Shown one piece after another: positions 1 to 11,800 of a DNA stretch of 64,000 nucleotides (positions are counted from its first letter, which is position 1; the number at the start of each line of letters is the position of its first letter). This stretch comes from Eledone cirrhosa. Its lineage: Eukaryota. The notes below the pieces were generated by a model that saw only the letters and a list, made by a program, of their open reading frames with translations, was not told the origin of the DNA and made no database searches. The stretch covers positions 434,001 through 498,000 of the forward strand of contig CAXHJY010000096.1 in assembly GCA_964016885.1 (NCBI GenBank), given 5' to 3'. Position numbers and translations under genes: made by a program.

Positions 1-125
1 TTTTTTAAAAAATCAAGCGGAGATAATTTGTAAAAAAAAAATCAGGGGGAGATAATTTGTAAAAAAAAATCAGGGGGAGATAATTTGTAAAAAAAAATCA
101 GGGGGAGATAATTTGTAAAAAAAAT

Positions 126-278
126 CAAGGGGAGATAATTTCCAGCCGTCCAAGGGAAGATAATTTCCAGCCGTCCAAGGGAAGATAATTTCCAGCCCTC
201 CAAGGGGCTATAATTTCCAGCGTCCAAGGGGAGATAATTTCCAGCCAGCGAAGGGGAGATAATTTTTTTTTATAAAAT
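126..278 (+). repeat. B cassette 'X' (first copy), the most frequent cassette
   Basis: Fixed order of variants: (CCAGCCGTC-CAAGGGAAG)x1-2, CCAGCCCTC-CAAGGGGCTATAAT, a 24-bp CCAGCGTC unit, CCAGCCAGCGAAG, then the T/A junction. It recurs dozens of times and is the source of the repeated 'DAGNYSPLEGWKLSS' pseudo-ORF. Confidence 0.95.
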
Positions 279-388
279 CAGGGGGAGATAATTTGTAAAA
301 AAAATCAGGGGGAGATAATTTGTAAAAAAAAATCAGGGGGAGATAATTTGTAAAAAAAAATCAGGGGGAGATAATTTGTAAAAAAAAT

Positions 389-539
389 CAAGGGGAGATA
401 ATTTCCAGCCGTGCAAGGGGAGATAATTTCCAGCCGTCCAAGGGGAGATAATTTACATCCTTCCAAGGGGAGATAATTTCCAGCCGTCCAAGGGGAGATA
501 ATTTCCCGCCAGCCAAGGGAAGATAATTTTTAAAAAAAT
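389..539 (+). repeat. B cassette 'Y' (first copy)
   Basis: Fixed order CCAGCCGTGC, CCAGCCGTC, TACATCCTTC, CCAGCCGTC, CCCGCCAGC-CAAGGGAAG, then the T5A7 junction. It is followed by a long type A run. Confidence 0.95.
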
Positions 540-896
540 CAGGGGGAGATAATTTGTAAAAAAAAAACAGGGGGAGATAATTTGTAAAAAAAAATCAAGG
601 GGGAGATAATTTGTAAAAAAATCAAGGGGGAGATAATTTGTAAAAAAAATCAGGGGGAGATAATTTGTAAAAAAAATCAGGGGGAGATAATTTGTAAAAA
701 AAAATCAGGGGGAGATAATTTGTAAAAAAAATCAGGGGGAGATAATTTGTAAAAAAAATCAGGGGGAGATAATTTGTAAAAAAAAATCAGGGGGAGATAA
801 TTTGTAAAAAAAAATCAGGGGGAGATAATTTGTAAAAAAAATCAGGGGGAGATAATTTGTAAAAAAAATCAGGGGGAGATAATTTGTAAAAAAAAT
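540..896 (+). repeat. Representative run of type A monomers, CAGGGGGAGATAATTTGT(A)7-11T
   Basis: Read directly. The unit is 27 bp with A8, matching the 9-aa FFYKLSPPD period in the minus-strand ORF track. The longest runs are about 16 units (e.g. ~10418-10859, ~27401-27842). Confidence 0.97.
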
Positions 897-1049
897 CAAG
901 GGGAGATAATTTGCAGCCGTCCAAGGGGAGATAATTTTCAGCCGTCCAAGGAGAGGTAATTTCTAGCCGTCCAAGGGGAGATAATTTCCAGCCGTCCAAG
1001 GGGAGATAATTTCCAGCCGTCCAAGGGGAGATAATTTTTTTTTAAAAAT
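897..1049 (+). repeat. B cassette 'Z' (first full copy)
   Basis: Fixed order TGCAGCCGTC, TTCAGCCGTC-CAAGGAGAG[G/A]T, CTAGCCGTC, CCAGCCGTC x2, then the junction and a CAGGCGG or CAAGCGG head. Confidence 0.95.
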
Positions 1050-1344
1050 CAGGCGGAGATAATTTGTAAAAAAAAAAATCAGGGGGAGATAATTTGTAAA
1101 AAAAAATCAGGGGGAGATAATTTGTAAAAAAAAATCAGGGGGAGATAATTTGTAAAAAAAATCAAGGGGAGATAATTTCCAGCCGTCCAAGGGAAGATAA
1201 TTTCCAGCCCTCCAAGGGGCTATAATTTCCAGCGTCCAAGGGGAGATAATTTCCAGCCAGCGAAGGGGAGATAATTTTTTTTTTAAAAATCATGCGGGGA
1301 TAATTTGTAAAAAAAATCAGGGGGAGATAATTTGTAAAAAAAAT

Positions 1345-1493
1345 CAAGGGGAGATAATTTCCAGCCGTCCAAAGAGAGATAATTTCTAGCCGTCCAAGGG
1401 GAGATAATTTCCAGCCGTCCAAGGGGAGATAATTTCCCGCCAGCCAAGGGAAGATAATTTTTTAAAAAATCAGGCGGAGATTGTAAAAAAAAT
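1345..1493 (+). repeat. B cassette 'W' (first copy) with the following shortened A monomer
   Basis: CCAGCCGTC-CAAAGAGAG, CTAGCCGTC, CCAGCCGTC, CCCGCCAGC, junction, then CAGGCGGAGATTGT (4-bp deletion). It is usually preceded by a CATGCGGGGAT-headed A unit. Confidence 0.93.
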
Positions 1494-2551
1494 CAGGGGG
1501 AGATAATTTGTAAAAAAATCAGGGGGAGATAATTTGTAAAAAAAAAATCAGGGGGAGATAATTTGTAAAAAAAAATCAGAGGGAGATAATTTGTAAAAAA
1601 AAATCAGGGGGAGATAATTTGTAAAAAAAATCAGGGGTAGATAATTTGTAAAAAAAATCAGGGGGAGATAATTTGTAAAAAAAAATCAGGGGGAGATAAT
1701 TTGTAAAAAAAATCAAGGGGAGATAATTTCCAGCCGTCCAAGGGAAGATAATTTCCAGCCGTCCAAGGGAAGATAATTTCCAGCCCTCCAAGGGGCTATA
1801 ATTTCCAGCGTCCAAGGGGAGATAATTTCCAGCCAGCGAAGGGGAGATAATTTTTTTTTTAAAAATCATGCGGGGATAATTTGTAAAAAAAATCAGGGGG
1901 AGATAATTTGTAAAAAAAATCAAGGGGAGATAATTTCCAGCCGTCCAAAGAGAGATAATTTCTAGCCGTCCAAGGGGAGATAATTTCCAGCCGTCCAAGG
2001 GGAGATAATTTCCCGCCAGCCAAAGGAAGATAATTTTTTAAAAAATCAGGCGGAGATTGTAAAAAAAATCAGGGGGAGATAATTTGTAAAAAAAATCAGG
2101 GGGAGATAATTTGTAAAAAAAATCAGGGGGAGATAATTTGTAAAAAAAATCAGGGGGAGATAATTTGTAAAAAAAAATCAGGGGGAGATAATTTGTAAAA
2201 AAAATCAGGGGGAGATAATTTGTAAAAAAAATCAGGGGGAGATAATTTGTAAAAAAAATCAAGGGGAGATAATTTGCAGCCGTCCAAGGGGAGATAATTT
2301 TCAGCCGTCCAAGGAGAGGTAATTTCTAGCCGTCCAAGGGGAGATAATTTCCAGCCGTCCAAGGGGAGATAATTTCCAGCCGTTCAAGGGGAGATAATTT
2401 TTTTAAAAAAATCAGGCGGAGATAATTTGTAAAAAAAAAATCAGGGGGAGATAATTTGTAAAAAAAAATCAGTGGGAGATAATTTGTAAAAAAAAATCAG
2501 GGGGAGATAATTTGTAAAAAAAAATCAGGGGGAGATAATTTGTAAAAAAAT

Positions 2552-2800
2552 CAAGGGGAGATAATTTCCAGCCGGCCAAGGGGAGATAATTTTCAGCCGT
2601 CCAAGGAGAGGTAATTTCTAGCCGTCCAAGGGGAGATAATTTCCAGCCGTCCAAGGGGAGATAATTTCCAGCCGTCCAAGGGGAGATAATTTCCAGCCGT
2701 CCAAGGAGACATATTTTCCAGCCGTCCAAGGAGAGGTAATTTCTAGCCGTCCTAGGGGAGATAAATTCCTGCCTCCAAGGGGAGATAATTTCCAGCCAGC
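2552..2800 (+). repeat. Rare 10-monomer B cassette 'V' (other copies at 12576-12824, 29559-29807, 54771-55019)
   Basis: Diagnostic variants are CCAGCCGGCC, AGGAGACATATTTT and GATAAATTCCTGCCTCC. Four copies were found, matching the four 'GWKICLLG' ORFs. Confidence 0.92.
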
Positions 2801-5800
2801 CAAGGGGAGATAATTTGTAAAAAAATCAGGGGGAGATAATTTGTAAAAAAAATCAGGGGGAGATAATTTGTAAAAAAAAATCAGGGGGAGATAATTTGTA
2901 AAAAAAAATCAGGGGAGATAATTTGTAAAAAAAATCAGGGGAAGATAATTTGTAAAAAAAATCAAGGGGAGATAATTTCCAGCCGTCCAAGGGGAGATAA
3001 TTTTCAGCCGTCCAAGGAGAGGTAATTTCTAGCCGTCCAAGGAGAGATAATTTCCAGCCGTCCAAGGGGAGATAATTTCCAGCCGTCCAAGGGGAGATGA
3101 TTTTTTAAAAAAAATCAGACGGAGATAAGTTGTTAAAAAAAATCAGGGGGAGATAATTTGTAAAAAAAAATCAGGGGGAGATAATTTTTAAAAAAAAATC
3201 AGGGGGAGATAATTTGTAAAAAAAATCAAGGGGAGATAATTTCCAGCCGTCCAAGGGAAGATAATTTCCAGCCCTCCAAGGGGCTATAATTTCCAGCGTC
3301 CAAGGGGAGATAATTTCCAGCCAGCGAAGGGGAGATAATTTTTAAAAAAAAATCACTGGGATATTTGTAAAAAAAATCAGGGGGAGATAATTTGTAAAAA
3401 AAATCAAGGGGAGATAATTTCCAGCCGTCCAAAGAGAGATAATTTCTAGCCGTCCAAGGGGAGATAATTTCCAGCCTTCCAAGGGGAGATAATTTTTTAA
3501 AAAATCAGGTGGAGATAATTTGTAAAAAAAATCAGTGGAAGATAATTTGTAAAAACAAAATCAAGGGCAGATAATTTCCAGCCGTCCAAGGGGAGATAAT
3601 TTCCCGCCAGCCAAGGGAAGATAATATTTAAAAAAATCAGGCGGAGATAATTTGTAAAAAAAATCAGGGGGAGATAATTTGTAAAAAAATCAGGGGGAGA
3701 TAATTTGTAAAAGAAAAATCAGGGGGAGATAATTTGTAAAAAAAATCAGGGGGAGATAATTTGTAAAAAAAATCAGGGGTAGATAATTTGTAAAAAAAAA
3801 TCAGGGGGAGATAATTTGTAAAAAAAATCAGGGGGAGATAATTTGTAAAAAAAATCAAGGGGAGATAATTTGCAGCCGTCCAAGGGGAGATAATTTTCAG
3901 CCGTCCAAGGAGAGATAATTTCTAGCCGTCCAAGGGGAGATAATTTCCAGCCGTCCAAGGGGAGATAATTTCCAGCCGTCCAAGGGGAGATAATTTTTTT
4001 TAAAAAATCAAGCGGAGATAATTTGTAAAAAAAAAATCAGGGGGAGATAATTTGTAAAAAAAAATCAGGGGGAGATAATTTGTAAAAAAAAATCAGGGGG
4101 AGATAATTTGTAAAAAAAAATCAAGGGGAGATAATTTCCAGCCGTCCAAGGGAAGATAATTTCCAGCCGTCCAAGGGAAGATAATTTCCAGCCCTTCAAG
4201 GGGCTATAATTTCCAGCGTCCAAGGGGAGATAATTTCCAGCCAGCGAAGGGGAGATAATTTTTTTTTTAAAAATCAGGGGGAGATAATTTGTAAAAAAAA
4301 TCAGGGGGAGATAATTTGTAAAAAAAAATCAGGGGGAGATAATTTGTAAAAAAAAATCAGGGGGAGATAATTTGTAAAAAAAATCAAGGGGAGATAATTT
4401 CAAGCCGTGCAAGGGGAGATAATTTCCAGCCGTCCAAGGGGAGATAATTTACATCCTTCCAAGGGGAGATAATTTCCCGCCAGCCAAGGGAAGATAATTT
4501 TTAAAAAAATCAGGGGGAGATAATTTGTAAAAAAAAAATCAGGGGGAGATAATTTGTAAAAAAAAATAAAGGGGAGATAATTTGTAAAAAAAATCAGGGG
4601 GAGATAATTTGTAAAAAAAAAATCAGGGGGAGATAATTTGTAAAAAAAAATCAAGGGGAGATAATTTGTAAAAAAAATCAGGGGGAGATAATTTGTAAAA
4701 AAAATCAGGGGGAGATAATTTGTAAAAAAATCAGGGGGAGATAATTTGTAAAAAAAAAATCAGGGGGAGATAATTTGTAAAAAAAATCAAGGGGAGATAA
4801 TTTGTAAAAAAAAATCAGGGGGAGATAATTTGTAAAAAAAAATCAGGGGGAGATAATTTGTAAAAAAAATCAAGGGGAGATAATTTGCAGCCGTCCAAGG
4901 GGAGATAATTTTCAGCCGTCCAAGGAGAGATAATTTCTAGCCGTCCAAGGGGAGATAATTTCCAGCCGTCCAAGGGGAGATAATTTCCAGCCGTCCAAGG
5001 GGAGATAATTTTTTTTAAAAAATCAAGCGGAGATAATTTGTAAAAAAAAAATCAGGGGGAGATAATTTGTAAAAAAAAATCAGGGGGAGATAATTTGTAA
5101 AAAAAAATCAGGGGGAGATAATTTGTAAAAAAAATCAAGGGGAGATAATTTCCAGCCGTCCAAGGGAAGATAATTTCCAGCCGTCCAAGGGAAGATAATT
5201 TCCAGCCCTCCAAGGGGCTATAATTTCCAGCGTCCAAGGGGAGATAATTTCCAGCCAGCGAAGGGGAGATAATTTTTTTTTTTTAAATCAGGGGGAGATA
5301 ATTTGTAAAAAAAATCAGGGGGAGATAATTTGTAAAAAAAAATCAGGGGGAGATAATTTGTAAAAAAAAATCAGGGGGAGATAATTTGTAAAAAAAATCA
5401 AAGGGAGATAATTTCCAGCCGTGCAAGGGGAGATAATTTCCAGCCGTCCAAGGGGAGATAATTTACATCCTTCCAAGGGGAGATAATTTCCAGCCGTCCA
5501 AGGGGAGATAATTTCCCGCCAGCCAAGGGAAGATAATTTTTAAAAAAATCAGGGGGAGATAATTTGTAAAAAATAAAAAAATCAAGGGGAGATAATTTGT
5601 AAAAAAAATCAGGGGGAGATAATTTGTAAAAAAAATCAGGGGGAGATAATTTGTAAAAAAATCAGGGGGAGATAATTTGTAAAAAAAAAATCAGGGGGAG
5701 ATAATTTGTAAAAAAAAATCAAGGGGAGATAATTTGTAAAAAAAAATCAGGGGGAGATAATTTGTAAAAAAAATCAGGGGGAGATAATTTGTAAAAAAAT

Positions 5801-8800
5801 CAGGGGGAGATAATTTGTAAAAAAAAATCAGGGGGAGATAATTTGTAAAAAAAAATCAGGGGGAGATAATTTGTAAAAAAAATCAGGGGGAGATAATTTG
5901 TAAAAAAAATCAGGGGGAGATAATTTGTAAAAAAAATCAAGGGGAGATAATTTGCAGCCGTCCAAGGGGAGATAATTTTCAGCCGTCCAAGGAGAGGTAA
6001 TTTCTAGCCGTCCAAGGGGAGATAATTTCCAGCCGTCCAAGGGGAGATAATTTCCAGCCGTCCAAGGGGAGATAATTTTTTTTTAAAAATCAGGCGGAGA
6101 TAATTTGTAAAAAAAAAAATCAGGGGGAGATAATTTGTAAAAAAAAATCAGGGGGAGATAATTTGTAAAAAAAAATCAGGGGGAGATAATTTGTAAAAAA
6201 AATCAAGGGGAGATAATTTCCAGCCGTCCAAGGGAAGATAATTTCCAGCCCTCCAAGGGGCTATAATTTCCAGCGTCCAAGGGGAGATAATTTCCAGCCA
6301 GCGAAGGGGAGATAATTTTTTTTTAAAAAATCATGCGGGGATAATTTGTAAAAAAAATCAGGGGGAGATAATTTGTAAAAAAAATCAAGGGGAGATAATT
6401 TCCAGCCGTCCAAAGAGAGATAATTTCTAGCCGTCCAAGGGGAGATAATTTCCAGCCGTCCAAGGGGAGATAATTTCCCGCCAGCCAAGGGAAGATAATT
6501 TTTTAAAAAATCAGGCGGAGATTGTAAAAAAAATCAGGGGGAGATAATTTGTAAAAAAATCAGGGGGAGATAATTTGTAAAAAAAAAAATCAGGGGGAGA
6601 TAATTTGTAAAAAAAAATCAGAGGGAGGTAATTTGTAAAAAAAAATCAGGGGGAGATAATTTGTAAAAAAAATCAGGGGTAGATAATTTGTAAAAAAAAT
6701 CAGGGGGAGATAATTTGTAAAAAAAAATCAGGGGGAGATAATTTGTAAAAAAAATCAAGGGGAGATAATTTCCAGCCGTCCAAGGGAAGATAATTTCCAG
6801 CCGTCCAAGGGAAGATAATTTCCAGCCCTCCAAGGGGCTATAATTTCCAGCGTCCAAGGGGAGATAATTTCCAGCCAGCGAAGGGGAGATAATTTTTTTT
6901 TTAAAAATCAGGGGTAGATAATTTGTAAAAAAAATCAGGGGGAGATAATTTGTAAAAAAAAATCAGGGGGAGATAATTTGTAAAAAAAATCAAGGGGAGA
7001 TAATTTCCAGCCGTGCAAGGGGAGATAATTTCCAGCCGTCCAAGGGGAGATAATTTACATCCTTCCAAGGGGAGATAATTTCCAGCCGTCCAAGGGGAGA
7101 TAATTTCCCGCCAGCCAAGGGAAGATAATTTTTAAAAAAATCAGGGGGAGATAATTTGTAAAAAAAAAATCAGGGGGAGATAATTTGTAAAAAAAAATCA
7201 AGGGGAGATAATTTGTAAAAAAAATCAGGGGGAGATAATTTGTAAAAAAAATCAGGGGGAGATAATTTGTAAAAAAATCAGGGGGAGATAATTTGTAAAA
7301 AAAAAATCAGGGGGAGATAATTTGTAAAAAAAAATCAAGGGGAGATAATTTGTAAAAAAAAATCAGGGGGAGATAATTTGTAAAAAAAATCAGGGGGAGA
7401 TAATTTGTAAAAAAAATCAGGGGGAGATAATTTGTAAAAAAAAATCAAGGGGAGATAATTTGTAAAAAAAAATCAGGGGGAGATAATTTGTAAAAAAAAA
7501 TCAGGGGGAGATAATTTGTAAAAAAAATCAGGGGGAGATAATTTGTAAAAAAAATCAGGGGGAGATAATTTGTAAAAAAAATCAAGGGGAGATAATTTGC
7601 AGCCGTCCAAGGGGAGATAATTTTCAGCCGTCCAAGGAGAGGTAATTTCTAGCCGTCCAAGGGGAGATAATTTCCAGCCGTCCAAGGGGAGATAATTTCC
7701 AGCCGTCCAAGGGGAGATAATTTTTTTTTAAAAATCAGGCGGAGATAATTTGTAAAAAAAAATCAGGGGGAGATAATTTGTAAAAAAAAATCAGGGGGAG
7801 ATAATTTGTAAAAAAAATTAAGGGGAGATAATTTTCAGCCGTCCAAGGGAAGATAATTTCCAGCCCTCCAAGGGGCTATAATTTCCAGCGTCCAAGGGGA
7901 GATAATTTCCAGCCAGCGAAGGGGAGATAATTTTTTTTTTTTAAATCATGCGGGGATAATTTGTAAAAAAAATCAGGGGGAGATAATTTGTAAAAAAAAT
8001 CAAGGGGAGATAATTTCCAGCCGTCCAAAGAGAGATAATTTCTAGCCGTCCAAGGGGAGATAATTTCCAGCCGTCCAAGGGGAGATAATTTCCCGCCAGC
8101 CAAAGGAAGATAATTTTTTAAAAAATCAGGCGGAGATTGTAAAAAAAATCAGGGGGAGATAATTTGTAAAAAAAATCAGGAGGAGATAATTTGTAAAAAA
8201 AATCAGGAGGAGATAATTTGTAAAAAAAATCAGGGGGAGATAATTTGTAAAAAAAAATCAGGGGGAGATAATTTGTAAAAAAAATCAGGGGGAGATAATT
8301 TGTAAAAAAAATCAGGGGGAGATAATTTGTAAAAAAAATCAAGGGGAGATAATTTGCAGCCGTCCAAGGGGAGATAATTTTCAGCCGTCCAAGGAGAGGT
8401 AATTTCTAGCCGTCCAAGGCGAGATAATTTCCAGCCGTCCAAGGGGAGATAATTTCCAGCCGTCCAAGGGGAGATAATTTTTTTAAAAAAATCAGGCGGA
8501 GATAATTTGTAAAAAAAAAATCAGGGGGAGATAATTTGTAAAAAAAAATCAGTGGGAGATAATTTGTAAAAAAAAATCAGGGGGAGATAATTTGTAAAAA
8601 AAATCAAGGGGAGATAATTTCCAGCCGTCCAAGGGAAGATAATTTCCAGCCCTCCAAGGGGCTATAATTTCCAGCGTCCAAGGGGAGATAATTTCCAGCC
8701 AGCGAAGGGGAGATAATTTTTTTTTAAAAAATCATGGGGGGATAATTTGTAAAAAAAATCAGGGGGAGATAATTTGTAAAAAAAAATCAGGGGAGATAAT

Positions 8801-11800
8801 TTGTAAAAAAAATCAGGGGGAGATAATTTGTAAAAAAAAATCAGGGGAAGATAATTTGTAAAAAAAATCAAGCGGAGATAATTTGCAGCCGTCCAAGGGG
8901 AGATAATTTCCCGCCAGCCAAGGAGAGATAATATTTAAAAAAATCAGGCGGAGATAATTTGTAAAAAAAATCAGGGGGAGATAATTTGTAAAAAAAATCA
9001 GGGGGAGATAATTTCCAGCCGTCCAAGGGGAGATAATTTTCAGCCGTCCAAGGAGAGGTAATTTCTAGCCGTCCAAGGGGAGATAATTTCCAGCCGTCCA
9101 AGGGAAGATAATTTCCAGCCCTCCAAGGGGCTATAATTTCCAGCGTCCAAGGGGAGATAATTTCCAGCCAGCGAAGGGGAGATAATTTTTTTTTTTAAAA
9201 TCAGGGGGAGATAATTTGTAAAAAAAATCAGGGGGAGATAATTTGTAAAAAAAAATCAGGGGGAGATAATTTGTAAAAAAAAATCAGGGGGAGATAATTT
9301 GTAAAAAAAATCAAGGGGAGATAATTTCCAGCCGTGCAAGGGGAGATAATTTCCAGCCGTCCAAGGGGAGATAATTTACATCCTTCCAAGGGGAGATAAT
9401 TTCCAGCCGTCCAAGGGGAGATAATTTCCCGCCAGCCAAGGGAAGATAATTTTTAAAAAAATCAGGGGGAGATAATTTGTAAAAAAAAAATCAGGGGGAG
9501 ATAATTTGTAAAAAAAAATCAAGGGGAGATAATTTGTAAAAAAAATCAGGGGGAGATAATTTGTAAAAAAAATCAGGGGGAGATAATTTGTAAAAAAATC
9601 AGGGGGAGATAATTTGTAAAAAAAAATCAGGGGGAGATAATTTGTAAAAAAAAATCAAGGGGAGATAATTTGTAAAAAAAAATCAGGGGGAGATAATTTG
9701 TAAAAAAAAATCAGGGGGAGATAATTTGTAAAAAAAATCAAGGGGAGATAATTTGCAGCCGTCGAAGGGGAGATAATTTTCAGCCGTCCAAGGAGAGATA
9801 ATTTCTAGCCGTCCAAGGGGAGATAATTTCCAGCCGTCCAAGGGGAGATAATTTCCAGCCGTCCAAGGGGAGATAATTTTTTTTAAAAAATCAAGCGGAG
9901 ATAATTTGTAAAAAAAAAATCAGGGGGAGATAATTTGTAAAAAAAAATCAGGGGGAGATAATTTGTAAAAAAAAATCAGGGGGAGATAATTTGTAAAAAA
10001 AATCAAGGGGAGATAATTTCCAGCCGTCCAAGGGAAGATAATTTCCAGCCGTCCAAGGGAAGATAATTTCCAGCCCTCCAAGGGGCTATAATTTCCAGCG
10101 TCCAAGGGGAGATAATTTCCAGCCAGCGAAGGGGAGATAATTTTTTTTTATAAAATCAGGGGGAGATAATTTGTAAAAAAAATCAGGGGGAGATAATTTG
10201 TAAAAAAAAATCAGGGGGAGATAATTTGTAAAAAAAAATCAGGGGGAGATAATTTGTAAAAAAAATCAAGGGGAGATTATTTCCAGCCGTGCAAGGGGAG
10301 ATAATTTCCAGCCGTCCAAGGGGAGATAATTTACATCCTTCCAAGGGGAGATAATTTCCAGCCGTCCAAGGGGAGATAATTTCCCGCCAGCCAAGGGAAG
10401 ATAATTTTTAAAAAAATCAGGGGGAGATAATTTGTAAAAAAAAAATCAGGGGGAGATAATTTGTAAAAAAAAATCAAGGGGAGATAATTTGTAAAAAAAA
10501 TCAGGGGGAGATAATTTGTAAAAAAAATCAGGGGGAGATAATTTGTAAAAAAATCAGGGGGAGATAATTTGTAAAAAAAAAATCAGGGGGAGATAATTTG
10601 TAAAAAAAAATCAAGGGGAGATAATTTGTAAAAAAAAATCAGGGGGAGATAATTTGTAAAAAAAATCAGGGGGAGATAATTTGTAAAAAAAATCAGGGGG
10701 AGATAATTTGTAAAAAAAAAATCAGGGGGAGATAATTTGTAAAAAAAAATCAGGGGGAGATAATTTGTAAAAAAAATCAGGGGGAGATAATTTGTAAAAA
10801 AAATCAGGGGGAGATAATTTGTAAAAAAAAATCAGGGGGAGATAATTTGTAAAAAAAATCAAGGGGAGATAATTTGCAGCCGTCCAAGGGGAGATAATTT
10901 TCAGCCGTCCAAGGAGAGATAATTTCTAGCCGTCCAAGGGGAGATAATTTCCAGCCGTCCAAGGGGAGATAATTTCCAGCCGTCCAAGGGGAGATAATTT
11001 TTTTTAAAAAATCAAGCGGAGATAATTTGTAAAAAAAAAATCAGGGGGAGATAATTTGTAAAAAAAATCAAGGGGAGATAATTTCCAGCCGTCCAAGGGA
11101 AGATAATTTCCAGCCGTCCAAGGGAAGATAATTTCCAGCCCTCCAAGGGGCTATAATTTCCAGCGTCCAAGGGGAGATAATTTCCAGCCAGCGAAGGGGA
11201 GATAATTTTTTTTTTTTAAATCAGGGGGAGATAATTTGTAAAAAAAATCAGGGGGAGATAATTTGTAAAAAAAAATCAGGGGGAGATAATTTGTAAAAAA
11301 AAATCAGGGGGAGATAATTTGTAAAAAAAATCAAGGGGAGATAATTTCCAGCCGTGCAAGGGGAGATAATTTCCAGCCGTCCAAGGGGAGATAATTTACA
11401 TCCTTCCAAGGGGAGATAATTTCCAGCCGTCCAAGGGGAGATAATTTCCCGCCAGCCAAGGGAAGAAAATTTTTAAAAAAATCAGGGGGAGATAATTTGT
11501 AAAAAAAAAATCAGGGGGAGATAATTTGTAAAAAAAAATCAAGGGGAGATAATTTGTAAAAAAAATCAGGGGGAGATAATTTGTAAAAAAAATCAGGGGG
11601 AGATAATTTGTAAAAAAATCAGGGGGAGATAATTTGTAAAAAAAAAATCAGGGGGAGATAATTTGTAAAAAAAAATCAAGGGGAGATAATTTGTAAAAAA
11701 AAATCAGGGGGAGATAATTTGTAAAAAAAATCAGGGGGAGATAATTTGTAAAAAAATCAGGGGGAGATAATTTGTAAAAAAAAATCAGGGGGAGATAATT

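Noticed and set aside
205-215. TATAAT (-10 box-like) in the GGGGCTATAAT variant
   Set aside because: It is a two-base variant of GAGATAAT within the satellite, with no -35 element or downstream gene.
263-277. T-tracts as intrinsic or Pol III terminators
   Set aside because: There is no GC-rich stem-loop upstream and no identifiable transcription unit or A/B boxes.
540-896. G-quadruplex array from repeated G4-G5 runs
   Set aside because: The runs are separated by ~21-23 nt, far beyond canonical 1-7 nt loops, so stable intramolecular G4 is not supported.
897-1049. Long telomerase-type repeat (25-bp, G-rich strand, as in some budding yeasts)
   Set aside because: It matches no telomere repeat I recognise. 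The 64-kb length, two monomer types and kb-scale inherited variants indicate recombinational amplification rather than templated addition.
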